Source: Intoshia linei
Taxonomy: Eukaryota > Animalia > Orthonectida
DNA length: 44,267 nt
Direction: 5' to 3'
NCBI GenBank assembly: GCA_001642005.1
Contig: LWCA01000184.1
Span: forward strand, 1-44,267
Numbering within the stretch: position 1 is the stretch's first letter; each line of letters begins with the position of its first letter. Below the pieces are notes generated by a model. It ran no database searches. It had not been told where the DNA came from and worked only from the letters and a program-made list of their open reading frames with translations. Made by a program: the position numbers and the translations under genes. Shown piece by piece: positions 37,460 to 44,267 of this stretch.

Positions 37460-38406
37460 TAATGGCGGCTCCACGGTACATTAACTGTATGTGTTACGTC
37501 AGTAACCATTTGAAAATGTAAACCAGAGGCGAATGCAACCTATTTAGAAATTTTAATTTATTTTTTTAATTTAGAAAAATTTTTAATTTAGTTTGTCAGT
37601 TAATTAAAACAAATTTTTTATACAAATTAAACAAATACATAAAATATAAATAAAACGCGATTTTTGTAAAAATGCTGTATTTATAAGTGATATAATTATG
37701 AATATACTAACAATGTTGTGAGGTTAAATGGTCAAAGAAGTTGGCTTTTTAAACTAAAAAATCAAGCATTAGAAACATGTCAATAAAAATTTGTTATTTA
37801 TTTATTTTTATTATCAAAATTATTCTTTACTCATATAAACTTGAATGTCTGCGTATTCTCATTTATTTAAAAATTAAAAATTTACATTCCCTATAATATA
37901 TACACCTTTTATAGCTACGCCAGTAGTTACGTTATAAAATAATGTTTCAGCAAGAAGTTACGTTTTAAAAGACATATTGTCATGTACCTTTTCCAGTGAG
38001 TGTATCATTATAAATTTCATTTTCAAAATTTGCATATTCGCTGTGAAGAGTTGAAATGACAACTTATTTTTTTGAAATTTAAAATTTAAAAAAATTTCAA
38101 TCTCAAAAAGTTGTTGCTTCCACAAAAATACATGTTAGTAATTGGGAAGGTCGTTTTTTACTTTTTTGTACAATGTACATAGGGTTGTAAAATTTTCTTA
38201 GGATCATTATTGCTTCTACTCAGCCAAGCTTGCGTTTTATGAACATTTCGTAATGTGAGAGACATTGATTAAACTTACGATGCAATATACATTATGTATT
38301 CAGATATTGAACAAATACAATTATAATTAAATGATGATAATATATCATCGTTATAATTATAATGTTTTCTCATTATTATTGTGCCTACCATTCCTCTGTC
38401 ATACTA

Positions 38407-39885
38407 CAGTAGAGTCCGCTTATATTGATCACGGATATAGTGATCAGCCGCTTATAATGATTAAAATTAAGAATCCCGTACATTTTGATCAAAATGTAAA
38501 AAATGCGTCAAAAAGCTCAAGAAATTGTAAAAACTATGAATATAAAAAATTTCAAAGGTACAGATCGATGGTTCAATAGGTGGAAAAAAAGAGAAAATAT
38601 TGTTTACAAACAAATTCATGGAGAAGAAAAAAATGCAGATTTTGTAGCAACTGACGATTGGATAAAAACCGAGTGGACCAGAATTGTAAATGAATACAGT
38701 CCGAATAACATTTACAATGCTGATGAAACCGGATTATATTTTCGGGCAATATCTAATCATAGGTATTTATTTAAAAATTACAGCTATAAGAGAATTAAAT
38801 TAATCAAAAAACGACTTACATTATTGTGCTGCGTCAATATGGAAGGCCACAAAAAAACTATTGGTAATCGGGAAAAGCAAAAGCCCATGCTGCTTTAGAG
38901 GCATTAGAATGTTACCCGTTTGTTATGCAAGTAGTCAAAATTCTTGGATGACTAGATCTATATTCACAGATTAGCTGATTAAATATGAATTGTCTTTGAA
39001 TCATAACATTCTGTTATTACTTGACAATTGCACGGCTCACATAAATATTGGCCAATTTAATCAATATCATAATAATGTTTTTATCGATGAATATAATGCC
39101 TATTATTCAGCCGTGTGACCAGGGTATAATACGAACCTTTAAGTCATATGACCGAAAAAAAATCAGAGCTCAAATAATAACACAACTTGATAATTGTGCA
39201 ATGTATAACGAAAATGTACTTGCTAAAAAAATATCGGTTCTTACTGCAGTGCATATGGCACCAAGTTCTTGGATGCAAGTGTTTATACAGATAATACAAA
39301 ATTGCTTTAAAAAATGAGGATTCAATAAAATAGATACCATAAATCTACCATCTCAAATAGATAATAACAATCACAGTGAACTATATGATATGGAATTTCA
39401 ACAGTGGGTGGATATAGATGCAAATATAGAAATTATCTCTGCTATTAATTTTTTGGACGTGTGCCAGGTAAATACTGATAAAAGTGATTTGTAAAAGAAT
39501 GAAACTGAAAATGATACAGGTATTTTACATCTAAAATTTTATTATTTTTAAAGTATATTTTTATTTTTAGACACCAGTAACCAATCGTGAGCTACAAGAA
39601 GCGTTAATGTATTACGTCGAAATGTACAACAAAAATCTGGAAACTTTGAAAAGCATTACGAGTATGATCGCTTCATTCAAGAATTATTATGAAAATAAAA
39701 TACAATCTAAAATTGATGATTATTTCTTGTCCAAATAAATGTTATTCAAGTATTTTTATGTAATATTTCGTATCCATAACTTTCCTCGAATATTTAAACA
39801 AATAAAGTTATCTACATTTTAAAAGCCGCTTATAGTGATCAAAACTGTTCTGTCCCAATATGATCAATATAAGTGGCTTCTACTG
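38407..39885 (+). mobile_element. pogo/Tigger DNA transposon (1479 bp), internally deleted and pseudogenised
   Basis: 25-bp TIRs cagtagagtccgcttatattgatca / tgatcaatataagtggcttctactg (3 mismatches) with TA flanks; motifs FKGTDRWFNRWKKR, IYNADETGLYF, LLLLDNCTAH, IQPCDQGII, IQNCFKK; frameshifts and stops; N-terminal HTH missing. Confidence 0.93.
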
Positions 39886-41883
39886 TACATTGCTGTCAAT
39901 GTACAACTTTAATTAATATAAATTTAAAAAACAATTTAATAAAAATGATGCCAAAGTTTAATCTGGTAATAGTTACCGTCAAACTTAAATCTTATCACAG
40001 GTTTATTTACTATGTATTTTATTGTGTTTTTATGTTTGTTTTTACGTTGATATGGAGCATTTAATATTTTCACTTAAATTATAGTCGTAAGGGAAAAAAG
40101 ACTTGAAAATTTAGATGGCGTTAATTAGAATTAATTACCATCATTGCCGAAATATCATTTTTCACTTCAACACTCTAAATAATTTAACTATAAAATTTTT
40201 CATGGATCCAAAAAACGTGTGTGGACCCCTGGGGTCCACCGTAACCCCGTTGAGAATGGCTGATTCGGTCAACTATAGTTTCAGTAAGCATGTTCTATTT
40301 TTGATATAAATTAAACAAATTTATATCATTTCTTGAAAAATAATTAATTTACAAAACATGACCTACATTATCTTGAATATTTATTAATTTATACATAATG
40401 AAATGTTTATTCTTTGTGTCTACAACACATCTAATGGAATATATATTATTTATTTTGTTTTATAAATTCAGCATTTTATTGAATTTGTTTTGTTTAAATC
40501 GCGTTTGTTTTGAATTTTAAATTTATATTAATGTTGTCTTTTATTTACACTAGTGGACGGCAAGCTTTTTGACATGGGGGCCGGAATAACTAAAAAAGGA
40601 ACCCGCGGACCAGATGGAAAATATACATGACGGAATTTTAAATTAAGATTTAAAGTTAATGAGTTAATAAGTTTCTCACGGTCTAGAAATGACAAGTCGA
40701 TAGTAAATATTTAAAATCTAAGTCGATGATCCTTACTTATATATGCTACGCAATATTTGTTTGTGTGTGTGTGTGTAATACACACACTGTGTATTAGGGG
40801 TTACACCCATCAAAGAAGCAAGGGCAATTAGCACTAAAAGTGTGTATTTTTGAAATAGAAAAACTAATTCGCAATCAAAAACATTTAACGCTGTCTATTC
40901 AAGTTGCGTTTGTCATTTTAAATATCACTGTATAAATATTATGGAGAAATTAAAACTTAACTTTATTTTAACGGAAATTGGCGTTTTCTAATTTTGAGGG
41001 TACTATTTTTCATGTTACGGTTGACTTGTGTTTGGTAGGTACGGTTTGACAGGCAAATTAGCCATTTATGAAAACTATTATGATTAAATTTATGCATCAC
41101 TGGTTACATACAGAAAATTAAATTAAAGTAAAATTTTTATTTAGCATGCCCTCATAATTGTAGAAGTTGTAAAGATAAAAAAGTTTGTAAAGAGTGTTAT
41201 GTTGGCTATAGACTCACCGAAAATAAACTTTGTGAAGGTGTATACACTATATAAATTATAACTAGGGCGATTTTTTTTAACCTATAAAAACAAAGAAATT
41301 TAACTTACAAATCAAATTTATTTAACTTTATTAACTTTTAGAAAAAAAATTCACGTAGTGCTGATTTTCGTGATCTTCGTCACTTAAATGGGTCTTTATA
41401 TTCATCTTTTTTAAAATATGACTCAAAAAACTAAGGCACGTTCAAATACTAATGTTGAAATGCTCACCAATATAATTTTTAATACTAAAAATTGGAAAAA
41501 TATTACTACATGTAGTTATATATTGTTAAATATAACATACAAGCATACTAATATATCGTAAGTTATCCGTAATCATTGCAAAGTAGGTGTTAATACAATA
41601 ATTAATCAATAGTATCAATAATTAAGGAAGATGGAAGTTTTATAATATCATAATACATAATGTATTCAAAAGAATTTATCAAATTATTATATTTTAATTT
41701 ACTGTGTTATTAAAAATGAGAAAATAATCAATAAAATTAAAGTATGAAATCCGAACCTCTTACACATTAAAAGATGCATTAACGAAAAAAGTATATTTAC
41801 AATTTAAATATTTTCAGTTTTGAAATCAGTTGAAATTATTTCTTGAAAATTTTTAATCTTTTTGAAATTATATGTACATTTCA

Positions 41884-42231
41884 TTACATTAATAAAAGTG
41901 CTGCCGTTAATATGATAATACCGATAGATATATCTTTGACATTTGATAATAGACCTACGATAATAATGTAAACATGTAATATATGATATTAAACGGATCA
42001 ATTTTTTGTATATAGCTATAAATCAAAACTAAAATAATAATTTACCAGTCTGACATATTCCATCGTTGTGATTTATACAATCAGTGATCGTATTGGTAAG
42101 ACAGAACGTCTTGAAACCGGCCATACTACACAAATCTAAATCTGAAAAAATTATTTTTATAATAAAAATATAGTACCACCCGAAATTCTACTCAGCATTA
42201 ATATAAATATAAAATATATTAAATGCTTCAT
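41884..42231 (-). CDS. Orphan 73-aa small secreted/surface protein (signal peptide, 4 Cys, hydrophobic C-tail)
   Basis: Exons (-) 42231-42177, 42141-42046, 41954-41884 joined by 35- and 91-nt phase-1 GT-AG introns give MKHLIYFIFILMLSRISG DLDLCSMAGFKTFCLTNTITDCINHNDGICQT GLLSNVKDISIGIIILTAALLLM*. Confidence 0.72.
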
Positions 42232-43479
42232 GATATTGTGAAAATGTGATGGTTGAATGTATAGGTTGTTAACAATATATTTACAATGCAATTAATATAG
42301 TATATACAAATGTGGTAGCAACGTTGAACTAGATATGTTATGAGAATAGCACAGAAATGTATTTAACGAATATTGAATTAGAAAACTTTACATGTAATAT
42401 CAAATATTGGCTACTATTTGTATTTTAAATGTGGGATATTTTAGTAATGTAGTCAATTTTGATAATAAGTTTATGTATAATATTGTCATTTTTCATATTT
42501 GGTGAAAATTAATTGAAATAACTATTTTTATAGATTCTTAATGGCATGTTTTTAGTTTATTAAATTTGCTGGACTATTTTTCAAGAATGTTGTAATGATT
42601 TTACTAAAATTTATAAACTTTTCAAATACACCATACATGTCTGGAAAATTTTAATAAAATTATAATCCATGTTTTATTTGTTTGATAGATTGGATGAAAA
42701 GCCTTTTAAATTTTACAATTTAAGGCTATTAATTGTATTTTGTACAGCTTTATTATGAATCACAATAATCACTAATGAAAAGAATCGTTTAGATTCTTTC
42801 AAGTCATCTTATAATGACTATTTACGTTAATTATAAATTTGTTTTAGCAATTTTTTTTTCTTTCGCAATCATAATATCATAATATATGTATGAAAATTAA
42901 TACGATAACAAAATCAGATTTAAGATTTAAAACAATTTCCCTATCGAAATATTAGTATTTATCTAAATATATTAGATTAGATACCACCTTGGATATTAAA
43001 AAATGAATAGATTAGTCAATTTGTGGATTTTATAAATATTTAAAAAAGGCATACAAAAGAAAAATACCACCAAGAAAAGCATCATTATAGTGTAATACAT
43101 ACAGTGCATGTGTAATGGTTAATGCATCGGTAAATAAAAAATTAATAGGTAAAAGTGATAAGAAATAATTTTTATTTTCGAATCATAAGCAGGGGTTAAA
43201 AAATTATAACTGTTCTGTTAAAAACAACAAATTCAATGCTATTTTCATTTATATAGAAAGGATTATTTTATTATTATTTTCTAATTGATATTTTAATTTT
43301 GTGATTGTAATGAATTGAGTCTATTTACTAAAATATAGATGTATTATTAACACTTTTAAATATTTTTATAAGTTTTTGACAAGTTGATAATGAATGTATA
43401 ATAAATCAGGTTCTTTTCATAGTATCCATAAGGATACTACATTTTCCCCCTAAGAGAAATTTGGAGAGTAGTAAACTTG

Positions 43480-44267
43480 TTATTGTGCATTTGCGTTAAT
43501 GATATCAGAAATATTTTTCAAAACAAAATTTTCTCCGAACATTTTGTCGGCCTGAGATATAATCATCTGTAATTGTGTGGGATAAATACGTTCTTGAATG
43601 TGTAAAGCTCTACGAGGCAAGGTATCGGTATCAATATTGCTTTTGATATTTATTGATGTATTATAATTGACATAGCGCTTAGGTAAATTGATTTTACGCT
43701 TTGGCCTTTCTCTATACAAGTCGTGACTTTTTGAATTCACAGGAATATTGGGCACGTACGAGTTGTTGTGTTTTGAATGAGATTTTTGGACTTTTTTATC
43801 AAAATTACGCTTCATGGATTTGGTGTATTTTTTTATATATTCGTTTAATTTAATAAGAGAATTTTTATCTTGTTTACTGAATACGAGTTCCATGGAAGAG
43901 ATTCCCGTACGGGATGATGGTAATATTCTGAATGAATAAGTAATTTCGTCCAGTCTCTCATCCCAGTCATCAAATTCTATATTGCACAAAATTCTAAATT
44001 TTTCCATTATAGTACGATTAATTCTTTCTACCTTCCCGGTTTCATTGTGCCTGTAAGGCGAAGAATTCGATTTAATAATACCAAGTGTATCACATAATTC
44101 TTTAATAATGGACGACTCGAATTGCTTCCCTAAATCCGTTTGTATTTGAACAGGGGGTCCATAGTTTAATATTATAGATTTATATATGGCTTTAGATACG
44201 GTTTCGGCTGATATATTATCGACGGCTACACTTTCTAGCATTCCGGAATAATGATCTATCATATTTA
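43480..44267 (-). mobile_element. Gypsy/Ty3-type integrase (C-terminal pol fragment), truncated by the window edge
   Basis: IDHYSG...YGPPVQIQTDLGKQFES...SSPYRHNETGKVERINRTI is an rve DDE core, with a basic RPKRKINLPKRY tail. No LTR recognised, so a Gin/Ginger-type element is not excluded. Confidence 0.85.

Overview
Very AT-rich, intron-containing eukaryotic (invertebrate animal) DNA, not prokaryotic. Short GT-AG introns (35-60 nt), innexins and low GC suggest a compact spiralian genome; an orthonectid such as Intoshia is my unverified guess. Host genes, assembled by hand across splice sites: calponin-like (+, first exon not found), TTLL5-like tubulin polyglutamylase (+, probably 3'-incomplete), methylmalonyl-CoA mutase (+, 16 exons, N-terminal ~170 aa missing), two tandem innexins (+), a decayed WBP4/FBP21-like copy (+), a divergent SoxD-like HMG gene (-), and a 3-exon, 73-aa orphan with signal peptide, 4 Cys and a hydrophobic C-terminal tail (-) that the ORF track misses. 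Introns and intergenic DNA are full of DNA-transposon relics (hAT, hATm-like, piggyBac-like, pogo/Tigger, Tc1, Helitron-like; several nested), and a Gypsy-type integrase runs off the right edge. The duplicated transposon with a single N at 12734 probably marks a misjoin or rearrangement between the truncated TTLL5 and MUT genes. I found no evidence of a multi-gene novel system; the best new object is the 73-aa candidate surface protein.
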